Assembly: GCA_030745755.1 (NCBI GenBank)
Contig: JASLOA010000004.1
Coordinates: 3,462 to 67,461 of the forward strand
Direction: 5' to 3'
Origin: Kiritimatiellia bacterium
GTDB lineage: Bacteria; Verrucomicrobiota; Kiritimatiellia; UBA8416; JABMPJ01
DNA: 64,000 nt
Position 1 is the stretch's first letter; the number at the start of each line of letters is the position of its first letter. Of the stretch, positions 46,974 through 57,900 are shown piece by piece. The notes under the pieces were generated by a model. It had not been told where the DNA came from and ran no database searches. It saw only the letters and a list, made by a program, of their open reading frames with translations. A program made the translations under genes and the position numbers.

Positions 46974-48149
46974 ATGACGGAATTGCAACATAACGATAAG
47001 CTGGCATCCTTTCCGCTGGACCTGTCACCGTCTCCCGTGGTGGAGGAAGACAACAGCGGCTTCGAGGACGGGTTGTCGGAGCATACGCTGGAGCTGGTCG
47101 CGCAACTTGCCGCAACGCGCAAGCATCTACTGGAAGAGGTCGGCCAGGTGATCGTGGGGCAGAAGGATGTGCTCGACCTGATCATGATCTCCCTGTTCGC
47201 CGGGGGGCATTGCCTGATGACCGGCGTCCCGGGCCTGGCCAAGACCCTGATGGTCAGCAGTCTCTCGAAGACCCTGTCGCTCGCGTTTAAGCGGATTCAG
47301 TTTACGCCGGACCTGATGCCGACGGACATCACTGGAACCATGGTGTTGGCGGAGGGGCATGAAAAGCACCGCTCCTTCGTCTTCCAAAGTGGTCCGATTT
47401 TCACCAATATGCTGCTGGCGGACGAGATCAACCGTACGCCGCCAAAGACGCAGGCCGCGTTGCTCGAAGGTATGGAAGAAAGGTCTGTGACCGTCGGCGG
47501 AGCGACCCACGCCCTGCCGAAACCGTTCCTGGTTCTGGCCACGCAGAACCCGATCGAGCAGGAAGGGACGTATCCCTTGCCGGTCGCGCAATTGGACCGT
47601 TTTCTGTTTATGGTCAATGTCGATTACCCCTCGCTGGACGAGGAAGAGGAAATCCTGATCAGGACCACCCTGGATTCCATGCCCGGCCTGGATGCTATGA
47701 TTACCCGCGAGCAGATCATGCAGTTTCAGCGCCTTGTGCGGCGTGTTCCGGTGAGTCGCTACGTCGCGAACTATGCCATGCGTCTTTCCCGGGCGACGCG
47801 CCCCGATGACCCCATCGCTCCCGACTTCATTCCGAAATGGGTGCAATGGGGCAGCGGTCCCCGGGCCGGGCAGTCCCTGCTGCTGGCGGCGAAAGCCCAC
47901 GTTCTGCTCAGCGGCCGGTTCAATGTCTCTGTGAACGACATTCGCAAGTTCGTTCATCCTGTTTTGCGGCACCGTTTTGGTTTGAGCTTTACCGCTGCCA
48001 GCGAAGGGTATGATCCCGACACTGTCATTGACTGGCTGCTCAAGGCCGTGCCGGTGATCTATGATGATCAACAGAAACCGAAGTTTATGGATAAGGTGCG
48101 GAGCTCGCTGCGCCGCAGGAAGAAAGCGCGTGTGATACAACATGGCTAA
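46974..48149 (+). CDS. moxR: MoxR family AAA+ ATPase
   Basis: [61 protein letters not shown]. Confidence 0.95.
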   Translation: MTELQHNDKLASFPLDLSPSPVVEEDNSGFEDGLSEHTLELVAQLAATRKHLLEEVGQVIVGQKDVLDLIMISLFAGGHCLMTGVPGLAKTLMVSSLSKTLSLAFKRIQFTPDLMPTDITGTMVLAEGHEKHRSFVFQSGPIFTNMLLADEINRTPPKTQAALLEGMEERSVTVGGATHALPKPFLVLATQNPIEQEGTYPLPVAQLDRFLFMVNVDYPSLDEEEEILIRTTLDSMPGLDAMITREQIMQFQRLVRRVPVSRYVANYAMRLSRATRPDDPIAPDFIPKWVQWGSGPRAGQSLLLAAKAHVLLSGRFNVSVNDIRKFVHPVLRHRFGLSFTAASEGYDPDTVIDWLLKAVPVIYDDQQKPKFMDKVRSSLRRRKKARVIQHG

Positions 48150-49032
48150 GAAACTGGGTACCTATAAATATCTGCCCTCGGGCACGGCCGACCATCTGCG
48201 GAATCTGCAGATCTCGGTCACCAAGCGGATGGACTGCGGCCTGCAGGGGCGGCACCGGTCATCGACGTTCGGCTCTTCCGTGGAGTTTGCGGAGTACCGG
48301 GAATATATGCAGGGCGATCCGATCGAGCGGATCGACTGGAATGTCTATGCTCGCACGGATAAATATGTGATCCGGCGCTTCCATGACGAAGTCAATATCC
48401 GGGCCAACATTCTGTTGGACACCTCGGAGAGCATGTCCTTCCACGATCTCGGATCGATGTCCAAGATGGACTACGGGTGTCACCTGGCGGCGGCCCTGAT
48501 GTATGTCATGATTAACCAGGGCGATTCGACCAGCATGATTACCTTTGACGACGATCTGCGTGACATACACGAACCCGCCGCGACCCTGGGCGGCCTGCGG
48601 CCCATGCTCAAGGGACTGGAAGAGATTGTGCCGAAGGGCAAAAGCAACCTAGAGCAGTCCCTGGCCAAGGCAACCGAGTTCATCCGGGGACGATCGCTGG
48701 TGGTCGTCATTTCCGACCTGCTTCAGGATCCGCGCCAAACGCTCAAAGGCATCGGCAGTCTCAGTTACGCGGGCCATGACGTGACGGTGTTTCATGTGCT
48801 GGACCCTGCCGAGATCCGCCTGCCCCAGGAGGGTCTGATTGAGGTCGAATGCCTTGAATCGCACAAGAAGATGAATGTCGATCTCGACGACTTCCGCGAT
48901 CTGTACCTGCAGAGAGTCCGCCAGTACTTGGACGACGTTCGCATTGGGTGTGCCAACGAGGGGGCCAACTACATACTGGTCGATACATCAACTGATTTGC
49001 ATGATGCGTTACTTAAGAGGGCCACAAGCTGA
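48142..49032 (+). CDS. DUF58 domain protein
   Basis: [44 protein letters not shown]. Confidence 0.93.
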   Translation: MAKKLGTYKYLPSGTADHLRNLQISVTKRMDCGLQGRHRSSTFGSSVEFAEYREYMQGDPIERIDWNVYARTDKYVIRRFHDEVNIRANILLDTSESMSFHDLGSMSKMDYGCHLAAALMYVMINQGDSTSMITFDDDLRDIHEPAATLGGLRPMLKGLEEIVPKGKSNLEQSLAKATEFIRGRSLVVVISDLLQDPRQTLKGIGSLSYAGHDVTVFHVLDPAEIRLPQEGLIEVECLESHKKMNVDLDDFRDLYLQRVRQYLDDVRIGCANEGANYILVDTSTDLHDALLKRATS

Positions 49033-51191
49033 TGACAATTGGTGCCGCATTATTCTTGGGTTTACTGCCGCTGGCTGCGGCGCCCGTTGTGTTTCATATG
49101 CTGATGCGACGCAATCGCAAGACGGTACTGTTTTCGACGGAACTGTTCTTTGACAGCATGAAGCCGCGATTGTCGTTTCATCGCAAGTTTCGCGAGCCGC
49201 TACTCCTGGCGGCCAGAACGCTGTTGCTGCTGTTCCTGCTTCTTGCCCTGGCGCGCATGGCGTTTCCGGGAATGGGCAGTTTTCTGGGCTTGAGCGGTGA
49301 TCAAGCGGTCGTGGTTGTGATCGACAACTCCAGCTCCATGGCGGGGCAGGTCGCGGGCGGTGATCGCACTAAATTGAGTGTGGCGCTTGAGGGTGCACGC
49401 GTGCTCTTGAAGAACATGGATGAACGCGGACAGGCCGCGGTGGTACTTCTAGTGCCGGACCCGGCGGCGGCCCGCTTTGGTGGCATGACCACCGACAAAG
49501 AGAACCTGTTGAATTTCCTCGAGTCGATTCGTGTGACCGAAGCGACCGGTGATACCGCGAGATCGCTTCTGCGTGCCACTAAGCTGCTCAAGGATGTGGC
49601 GCCCGCCGGCGGTGGTTCGATGCATATCTTCACAGACGTCCAGGAGGCGGAATGGACGGGGACAGCACTGGCGGCGGGCGATCTGGACGCGGGCGTGAGT
49701 GTTTTCGTTCATCGCCTGCCCAGTGCCGAGCCTGATATCCCGAATGTCTGCCCGCTGCGGGCCGAATTATCAGCGCGCCGGATCCTTCCCAATCAGCCGT
49801 ATTCGCTTCAGCTTCTGCTGCGTAATGATGGCGCCCGGGATGTACAGGTTCGAGTCAATCGCACGGATTCGGAGCATCCTCTTATGCAGACCGTTCCTGT
49901 TGCGGTGGGTGCCGGAGGCCAGAAATTGGTTAAGCTGCCGGTCCAGCCGAAAGCCGCCGGGCGTCATTGGGTCCGTGTGCGGATCGAAGGCGATGGCTTT
50001 GATGGCGATAATCGGGTCTTTGTTCCGTACATCTGTGAGAACAAAGGGGACATCTTCTTTCTCGGCGCCAAAGGCACCGGTACCTTCGGCCTGTTGCCGC
50101 TGGCTCTGTCGCCCGGTGGCGATGGCCGTTTCACGTCCCTGGTGCCGGTCTACCTGGAGCCGACCGAGCTGCAGGGCCGCTTGCAGAAGACGCCACCGAT
50201 GCTCGTGGTCATGACCTGGGCTATGGCGTCGTCGCTGGATGCGTCGACGAGCGCCTTGCTGGATCAATACACGCAGCAGGGCGGCCACCTGATGGTGTTG
50301 CCGTCCGTCGATGGCGGCAAATCAGCCGGCAAGCCACCGGCCTGGATTGGGGCCAATGTGGGTCCCCTGCAATCCGTGCCCGTGAGCCTGCCCTTGCGCA
50401 TTGCCAGTGCGCGGTCTGAATTCTGGTCCGACCTGCGTGGCTTGGACGGCCGGGTTCGGATCGGAAATGCGTTTGCGAGCAAATATCATCCACTGTCGTT
50501 CGTGCAAGACTCCGGTTACGAGCCACTGCTGGCGATCGGTGAGAACCATCAGATTTTGGCACTGCGCAAACACGGCAAAGGCCAGATCGTGGTGAGCGGT
50601 CTGGCCTTTGGGCGCACAGGGGCCTGGAGCACGCTACCGCGTCAGAAGAGCTTTCTGGTGATGGTGCAACCGGTCGCTTTGGGCGCTGCATCTGGACTGG
50701 TCAATGCCAACGTTTCGATTGTCGCGGGCCAGCCGATGCGCTTGATGCCGGGCGAAGGAAACGAACTGTCGATCACGACCCTGTTGGGCGACCAGGTCGA
50801 TTGGTCCGGCTTGAGGGACCAGTCGCCGCTGTTGGTGCGTAGCGGTGCATACATCGTCGCCATGGGCCAACGCGAAAGCTGTCTGACCGTTATGCCATCT
50901 GAGCGCGAAGGCCGCAGCCCCTTTATCGAGGGCGACAAAGTCGAGGGCCTCGCGGGCATCAAGTATCAGATCAGTACACTTTCGGATGAAGATGATTTTC
51001 GCGGCGACCTGGACAAATCACTGGCCGGGACCGGTCTGTTTTTGCCGCTTTTACTTTTGGCCCTGGCCTGCATGATTGCCGAGGGGCTGCTGGGTTCACC
51101 GGCCAAGAAATGGAAAGACAGCGTCGCGGCTGATTCTGACGATACGCCCTGGAGCGTAACGCCCGCAGGTCCGGATAAGGAGAGGTCGTGA
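49032..51191 (+). CDS. BatA N-terminal + vWA domain membrane protein
   Basis: LPLAAAPVVFHML..FS..LLLAARTLLLLFLLLALAR; IDNSSSM MIDAS; IFTDVQ; C-terminal TM. Confidence 0.88.
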   Translation: MTIGAALFLGLLPLAAAPVVFHMLMRRNRKTVLFSTELFFDSMKPRLSFHRKFREPLLLAARTLLLLFLLLALARMAFPGMGSFLGLSGDQAVVVVIDNSSSMAGQVAGGDRTKLSVALEGARVLLKNMDERGQAAVVLLVPDPAAARFGGMTTDKENLLNFLESIRVTEATGDTARSLLRATKLLKDVAPAGGGSMHIFTDVQEAEWTGTALAAGDLDAGVSVFVHRLPSAEPDIPNVCPLRAELSARRILPNQPYSLQLLLRNDGARDVQVRVNRTDSEHPLMQTVPVAVGAGGQKLVKLPVQPKAAGRHWVRVRIEGDGFDGDNRVFVPYICENKGDIFFLGAKGTGTFGLLPLALSPGGDGRFTSLVPVYLEPTELQGRLQKTPPMLVVMTWAMASSLDASTSALLDQYTQQGGHLMVLPSVDGGKSAGKPPAWIGANVGPLQSVPVSLPLRIASARSEFWSDLRGLDGRVRIGNAFASKYHPLSFVQDSGYEPLLAIGENHQILALRKHGKGQIVVSGLAFGRTGAWSTLPRQKSFLVMVQPVALGAASGLVNANVSIVAGQPMRLMPGEGNELSITTLLGDQVDWSGLRDQSPLLVRSGAYIVAMGQRESCLTVMPSEREGRSPFIEGDKVEGLAGIKYQISTLSDEDDFRGDLDKSLAGTGLFLPLLLLALACMIAEGLLGSPAKKWKDSVAADSDDTPWSVTPAGPDKERS

Positions 51192-53404
51192 TGTTAGGCA
51201 TGCTTGTATGGAAACCGCATCTGGGCACGCTGGCTAATAGCCTCGTTATCCTGGGTATCATGGGCTGGTTGTACGCCATGTGGTATCGCTACCGGGACCG
51301 CTACTCGGGCAAGAAGACACTGCTGCTCCTGGCGCCAAAGCTGGTCGTTACCCTACTCGTGGTGCTGGCTTTGATGGACCCGGCCTGGCGGGATGTGAAG
51401 CCGTCGGAAGATTCTCAAAAAGTGGCCGTCATCAGCGACATCTCAACATCGATGGATGTGGCAGACGATGGATCTGCACCCCGCGCCAAACGCGCCGAAA
51501 AGATCGCGGGTGATATCGCCGGCAGCTTGCGGGGCACAGCCGAGGTGGAGAACTACCGCTTTGACGTCGACATCCTGGGCCCGGAAGAGGTGCCTGCTGA
51601 GGGCACCCGCCATACGGATCTGGGTCGGACGGTGGTGTCGCTTTCGGAGCGCCCGGATGTGTCTGATTGCAAGGCGGTTGTCCTTCTGACGGATGGTGGC
51701 GACGAAATGATTCAGAGCCAGCGCCTGCCTCCGGTACCGATCTATATTGTTGGCATCGGAACGGACCCGTCGACGTGGAATGATCTGGAAATCAGTAATG
51801 CCGAGATTCCCGAAGATGTCGAGTTGGATACGCCGTTCAAGGTTTCCGCGGATATTGTTGTCCATAGCGCCTCGGGTGGTTTTGCGGCCAAGGCCCAGTC
51901 TGTTGACGTGCAGATCGAGAAGCAGGTCGCCGGTGTCTACCAGCTCCTGAAGACTGAGAAAGTGGATCCACGATCGGCCAATGGTCGGGTGGAGTTTGAT
52001 TTGCCGGCCGAGAAGACGCCGGGGGTGTACGAATACCGTCTATCCGTAAAGGGCATCAAAGGTGAAATGACGGAGTTGAATAACTCGCGCGACTTCGCGG
52101 TTCAGGTTCGTGAGAAGAGCATCAACGTCCTCTTGTATGGCAACATGTTGGATTGGAATTTTGCCCTGCTTAAGCGGGAGTTTGGCGATGACCCAACGAT
52201 TCAGCTCACGACGGTCTACCGCAAGAACGCCGAGACGGTGATCATTGACGGCAAACGGCAGGAAGGCGACACGGTGTTTGCGCGCGGGTTTCCCAAGGAT
52301 GAGGAGCTGCTGGGTCTCTATACGATCATTGTTCTGGGGTCCTTTCCTTCAGGGATGATTCCGTCCGATTCTTTCACGGCCTTAAAGAATTACGTGGAAG
52401 ACGGAGGTAAGCTCGTGATGCTTGGCGGCCCGAACTCCTTTGATAAGGGAGGCTATTATAATACCGCCATTGAGCCCCTTCTGCCATGGAAGAAGAGCAC
52501 CAGGGGGCAAGGTATCATGGCGGGAATGTTCCCGGTTATGGTGCCGCCGGAAGGGGCGTCGCATGGTCTGTTGGGCGCGACGGCGACAATTTTGAAGGGT
52601 GTGGGAAGTCCGGTGTTCCATTCGGTCAACAGGGTGGGGGAGCGCCGCAGCGGTGCTCTCAGTCTGATGAATGCCTCGGTTGGCAGCCGGGTGGTGCCGA
52701 TTGTTGTCCTGCAGCCGTACGGCAGGGGAGAGACCCTGGGGGTGGCTACCGATACACTCTGGCGCTGGGGGCGTATGGATGGTGATATCGCCGGCGCGTC
52801 TCATCAGTTCTGGCGGGATACGATTCGGTATTTGTCGGGCGAGATTGAAGGTGGCCGATTCCTGACCGTGAAATGGGATCGCAAACGCTACCGGCCGAGT
52901 GAGGAAGGGCTTTTGGATATCGGGGTGGTGGGCCGCTATGCTGAGGGCGCGGTGCATTTAGAGGGGACCGTTGAGCATGACGAAAAAACCGTGAACCTGC
53001 CGATTGTGCTCAAGCAGGAAAGCGATTTTCAGACTCGGGTGTTCTTTCCGAAACCGGGCGAATATAGGATCAGGATGGAAGCCACTCTGGCCGGGAATCC
53101 ACTGGACACCTATGAGCGTATAATCCGCGTTGGGTCGAGCGTTAGCGAAGGAGCCGATCTCGCGGTCGATCACCCCTTCCTGGAGAGCCTGGCGGCGCGC
53201 AGTGGCGGATCGTATAGTCGCGAGGGCGACACCGATGAGCTCATGGAACGGCTGGATGCGCTGTTGATGTCATCTGCCGACTTGCACGACACGCCGCTGG
53301 TAAGGAAGCCGGCACTGTTCAACCTGCTGCCCATCTATATCGTTCTTCTGATGGGGGCCCTGTTGTGGGAATGGCTGCTGCGTCGACGTATGAATATTGT
53401 CTAG
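51188..53404 (+). CDS. Membrane vWA + class I glutamine-amidotransferase-like domain protein
   Basis: DISTSM, TDLG, LLTDG, YVEDGGKLVMLGGPNSF, YGRG..TDTLWRW, FW, WEWLLRRR. Confidence 0.8.
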   Translation: MMLGMLVWKPHLGTLANSLVILGIMGWLYAMWYRYRDRYSGKKTLLLLAPKLVVTLLVVLALMDPAWRDVKPSEDSQKVAVISDISTSMDVADDGSAPRAKRAEKIAGDIAGSLRGTAEVENYRFDVDILGPEEVPAEGTRHTDLGRTVVSLSERPDVSDCKAVVLLTDGGDEMIQSQRLPPVPIYIVGIGTDPSTWNDLEISNAEIPEDVELDTPFKVSADIVVHSASGGFAAKAQSVDVQIEKQVAGVYQLLKTEKVDPRSANGRVEFDLPAEKTPGVYEYRLSVKGIKGEMTELNNSRDFAVQVREKSINVLLYGNMLDWNFALLKREFGDDPTIQLTTVYRKNAETVIIDGKRQEGDTVFARGFPKDEELLGLYTIIVLGSFPSGMIPSDSFTALKNYVEDGGKLVMLGGPNSFDKGGYYNTAIEPLLPWKKSTRGQGIMAGMFPVMVPPEGASHGLLGATATILKGVGSPVFHSVNRVGERRSGALSLMNASVGSRVVPIVVLQPYGRGETLGVATDTLWRWGRMDGDIAGASHQFWRDTIRYLSGEIEGGRFLTVKWDRKRYRPSEEGLLDIGVVGRYAEGAVHLEGTVEHDEKTVNLPIVLKQESDFQTRVFFPKPGEYRIRMEATLAGNPLDTYERIIRVGSSVSEGADLAVDHPFLESLAARSGGSYSREGDTDELMERLDALLMSSADLHDTPLVRKPALFNLLPIYIVLLMGALLWEWLLRRRMNIV

Positions 53405-54839
53405 GTGGATGCTTAACATGAAACATAAAACACAATGCGGGTGGTACTTCCTGGGGTTGCTTGTTGCCCTCTTGGTTGTGTTGCCGAGTGAGCTGCGCGC
53501 GCAGAAGACCAAGAGTCCTCGCAAGCGGAAAGCCATCCTGCATATGTCGGATGGGGAGCAGCGTGAGGGCGTCATCGAGCTGTCGCGCGGCACGGATTTT
53601 CAGTTGACGAACCTGAAACGCGCTGACACCGGTGAGAATGCCACGGTAGAGGCAGCCAAGTTTGCGGGCAGGAAGCACAAGATCTACACCTTCAATTTCA
53701 ATGTTGTCAAAGAGATGAGGTTTGCGCCCCACAGCGAGCAGTACCTGAAGAAGTTCAAGATGCTCAACGTCAGCTTCCAGGACGAAGTGGATGAAAACGG
53801 CAAATCCATGGTGAAGAAAGTGAGGTATGGCTTACCGTATCCGGTCATTAAGCCCAAGTGTACCGTTGTCTTTAACAGTGGTGAGGTCGTGACCGGACTC
53901 CTCCAAACGCGTGTCGTCTATCTGACGACCGTGGACCCCGATACCGGTTTCAAGATCAATACCTCTAAGGTGGTGGTGAAATCGAAGTATTCAGGTAAGC
54001 CGGGCCAGTCGTATGAGGATCTCGTGCGGGTCAAGCATATCCAGATGCTGGATGAGGGGACTCAGTTTGCGCGCAGCATGCCGATCACGTTCAACACTTT
54101 TGACTTTGATTCAATCGATACGAACTACGTTCGTATCAAGGATGCGGGTGATACCAAGCTCCTCGCCCACGGGGTGGTTCCTGAAGAAGTGCTTCTCAAG
54201 GCAAATGAGCGCGTGGTCTCCACGAATGGCACGCCGGCTACGGCCGAAGCCAGCCTTATACGCATGACCGGACTGACGCAGGATACCTTATCCAAGGTGC
54301 GCGTTCAGCAGGAGGCCGATGGCACCGTCAAGGTTCATTCAACCCTCGGCGAGAATGTATTTCTGGCTGCGCAAATCAACGGCAAGTGGGTGGCCGGCTG
54401 GCCGGCCGAGGGCACGGTGCGCACGGAGTTGTTCAAGTCGGTCGAGAAAGAATTCATGAAAACACTGGATTATTACAATGAACGAAAACTCATTGGGATT
54501 ATCCCGAAGAAGAACGGTCGAGCGATTCTCGCCCTGGTGCGGCTTCGCCGAGATATCCCGGACCCGGAGTTTGCCCTGGCGTGGGCGATGAGTACGCGGT
54601 GGGGGGATGCGGGAAGTTTCGAGATGGGTGCGGACGGCAAGTTGTTGGAGTACTACCGCTTGAGCATCTTGAAGTATGTGCGCGACCCCAAAACCGGCGA
54701 GATGAGTTTGGAGGATCGCGGTTCGTTCTGTCGCGTGCGTCTGGATCTTGAAGATGAAACACCGGAGGTGGGTGTGTCACCTGATCTCTGGCCGGTTGTG
54801 ATGAAGGACGGCAAGCTATTTGTGGGCCCCAAGCAGTGA
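53397..54839 (+). CDS. Secreted hypothetical protein
   Basis: 480-aa ORF with signal-like segment, co-oriented within the operon; start may be 53418. Confidence 0.7.
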   Translation: MSRWMLNMKHKTQCGWYFLGLLVALLVVLPSELRAQKTKSPRKRKAILHMSDGEQREGVIELSRGTDFQLTNLKRADTGENATVEAAKFAGRKHKIYTFNFNVVKEMRFAPHSEQYLKKFKMLNVSFQDEVDENGKSMVKKVRYGLPYPVIKPKCTVVFNSGEVVTGLLQTRVVYLTTVDPDTGFKINTSKVVVKSKYSGKPGQSYEDLVRVKHIQMLDEGTQFARSMPITFNTFDFDSIDTNYVRIKDAGDTKLLAHGVVPEEVLLKANERVVSTNGTPATAEASLIRMTGLTQDTLSKVRVQQEADGTVKVHSTLGENVFLAAQINGKWVAGWPAEGTVRTELFKSVEKEFMKTLDYYNERKLIGIIPKKNGRAILALVRLRRDIPDPEFALAWAMSTRWGDAGSFEMGADGKLLEYYRLSILKYVRDPKTGEMSLEDRGSFCRVRLDLEDETPEVGVSPDLWPVVMKDGKLFVGPKQ

Positions 54840-54921
54840 TCAGTAATCAGTAAGCAGTGATCAGTAAGCAGTAAGCAGTAATCAGTGAGCAGTGGCTGTT
54901 TGAGCTGATAACTGATTACTG
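54834..54921. repeat. Heptamer tandem array (CAGTRAK-like x9) with short inverted copy
   Basis: CAGTGAT CAGTAAT CAGTAAG CAGTGAT CAGTAAG CAGTAAG CAGTAAT CAGTGAG CAGTGGC ... CTGATAA CTGATTA CTG. Confidence 0.85.
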
Positions 54922-54940
54922 GCCGAAAAGGACAGGCAAC

Positions 54941-57900
54941 ATGAGCCAAGGTGAAGCATTGGATTTCAGGCAGGTCGTCGAACGGGCGAACCGTAGCCTG
55001 CATAAGACGTCAGTGATCCTGGGGTTCCTGACGTGGTTTGCCATAACCGCCACGACGTGGTTGGGCCTCTTTGCCCTCGACAACCTGCTTAATCTGCCCA
55101 CCGCCTTGCGGTTTCCGTTTGCGATTGTCGGGTTGGTCTTCACGGTGGTCTCCTTTGCCAAGTATGTCGTTGGCGCCCTGCGCGAGCACCGCAGTGACGA
55201 CCTGGCCGCTCTGATGCTGGAGGAGCAGTTCGGCATCGAGGGAAACGTTCTGATCAACACCATGCAGTTCGAAGAGATGGGCTACAGCGATGAACAGAAA
55301 GCGTTCATCAATGCCACCGCCAATGCGGCCACGACAGGATGGAGCCATGTGCCGCTGCGGGAGTTATGGCAGGTAGACCGCATGACCAAATGGTCGAGTG
55401 TGTTTGCCGTGCTCATGGTGCTTTGGATTGGGTACAGCGTACTGGCGCCGGATTATTTGAGGAGCGCTTTCACCCGCTACGCCTTCAGCTTCTCGGATGC
55501 ACCCCCTGCGGCCGCATCCATGCTGGTCATGACGCCGGCAGAGGATTTGACTATTGCCGAATACGACGATCTGGATGTCTCTCTGGATATCAGCGCGTTC
55601 GCCAAGGGCAAAGAATTGGTTATCTATCCGTCGATCAAATACAAGGAGGGTGTTGGCGTCTTTGATAGCCATAGTGACGACGGCGCGGAAGTCAAGATGC
55701 GGCCGGTTGTCGGTAACCCGAACCTCTATCAGTACACCTTTGAGACCGTTCGCCGGAGCTTCTCTTTCCGCATCTTCGTGGGTAGCACCTATACCCGCAG
55801 CGTGCAGGTCACGGTGAATGCGGCGGCTAAGATTGTGGAATCGACCTTCACCGTCACGCCGCCGGCCTACGTGGGCATGCCGGCACGGGAGCAAAGCGGA
55901 CCGCCGAACCCGGTCAAGTGTCTGCCCGCTTCCGAGTTGGGCGTGCGCATCAAAGTCGATAAGGACATTGAATCGCTGCGTTGGCAGTCGCCAGGTGGCA
56001 CGAACATGTTTCAGGATGCGGGTGACAGGGTCTGGAAGACGACGGTTGAGGTGGGCGACTCCGGCATCAACTACGATCTGATCGCCGTGGTGAAGCATAT
56101 GCCCGAACCCATTGTCTTGAGCAGTGGCAGCGTGCTGCTGATGACAGACAGGAAGCCCGACGTGCGCTATGTCGATACCGAAATGAGTCATGTCGTGGTG
56201 CCCGGCGCCACGTTGCCTTTGAAATTTGAAGGCAAGGATGACTACGGAATGAAGGATATGAAGCTGACGTTTCGCCGCGCCGAGGCCGGCAGTCAACCCG
56301 AGGTCCTTCAGGACTGGGACTTTGCGGCGCCCGGCGAAAGGGATCTGATTGAAAAGATCGTTCGGTTAAAGGTCGATGCCAGCCAGTTTGAACCGGGCAA
56401 CAAGTACTTTATCGAAGTGCACGGCAATGACTTCTGTCCCGCCACGGACGCCGCAATATCGGATGCGCTGCTGGTTACAGTGAAGGTCCTGGATGCGAGG
56501 CTTTCCGAGGGTGAGTCAGACATGAAGGGTCTCTACGCCGCGCTGGAGCGGGCCATCCAACTCCAGAGGCAGGCCCTTGATGGAACCGAGGGTCTGCTGG
56601 CCAACAGTGATGGTGTCTGGCTTGACTTGAACCGTAAACGGCGTGATGACAAAGCGATCCGGGGGGATCTCGATAAATACCACCTACGAATTTTCGGTCA
56701 GCAGATGGGGGTGCAGAAAACGCTTCTCGACGGTGTCAGGACGGTGCCGGATAGGGGCGTACACATGGCGAAGAGAATGAAGAGCATTGCCGAAGTTGAG
56801 GCCGTGGAAGCCAATACGCGCGCATTCGCCGCGGGCCGAGTGCGCCTTGATGCGGGTGCACTGAAGCGCGCCAACGGCTATGGCCCTGGGTCCTCATTCA
56901 GGAATACATCCACTCAGGTTATCCGATTCAAAGAGACGCCGGCACGCTATTTCGGGCTGGTTGTCTATTCGGCTCATGACTGGTCGGGCAAGGCCTTGCT
57001 CGATAGCCTGGCCCTCGTGGGTGAGAAGGATGCTTACCTTGACAGTTCGAGCTGGAAGCTTGTGTCGTCAAGCGTCAAGGATGCGAAGAAAGCCCTGGCG
57101 CCGCCTAAGGGACAGAGGTCGACGGGCGGTGTGTCGCTTGACTCATTACCCGCCAGCTTGATCTTCGATATGGGAAGCGAGCAGACGGTCTCCGGGATCG
57201 CTTGTTTGGGTAGAGGCCCTAGTGCCCCTAAGGGTGTTTCCGTATACCTAAGCACTGCAAAGGCACCCGCGATCGGGCCGATGCCACTTGAGCAGACCCG
57301 CGTCGACGGTGAGTTCAGGCACCTGCGAACCGTACAGCAGCAGATCTATAACGAGCTGCTGGCTTTGAAGGGCGCTGAATTTGAAGCCTTGGCAGAGGCG
57401 TCCGATCTTGAGCTTGCGGACTTGCTTGGCGAAGGCGAGGAGCAAGGCCCTTCGGTCGATGCGGACTTGGAGGACATGAAGGAAAAATTCGAAAACTGGC
57501 TGGAAGAGAATGAGGAGAACGAGAAGCTCCGGAATATTATCTCTTCGAAGGCTCCGGAAGATTTGACCGAAGACGATGAGAAAGCGTTGGCTGATCTGGA
57601 TCTGAAGAAGGAAGCGTTGAGGCGCGAACTTGAGGAAATGGCCCAGGACCACAGCGGCTATGACTGGGACTTTGCGGATCCGACTGACATCGCGACCTTC
57701 GAGGAGACGATGCACAATATCCAGGAGGAGAAGGAGTTGCTCGAACTGGGCGCGATGGCCATGAAGGATCGAGAGAAGCCGCGGGGCGATATGTCGCGCA
57801 ATATGGACAACAGTAAAGAGCAGGATGGGGCGATGGAACTGGAGACGGGCCAGATGCCCTCGCAATCCGGTGCCATGAAGGAGCCCGGGCATATGGAGAA

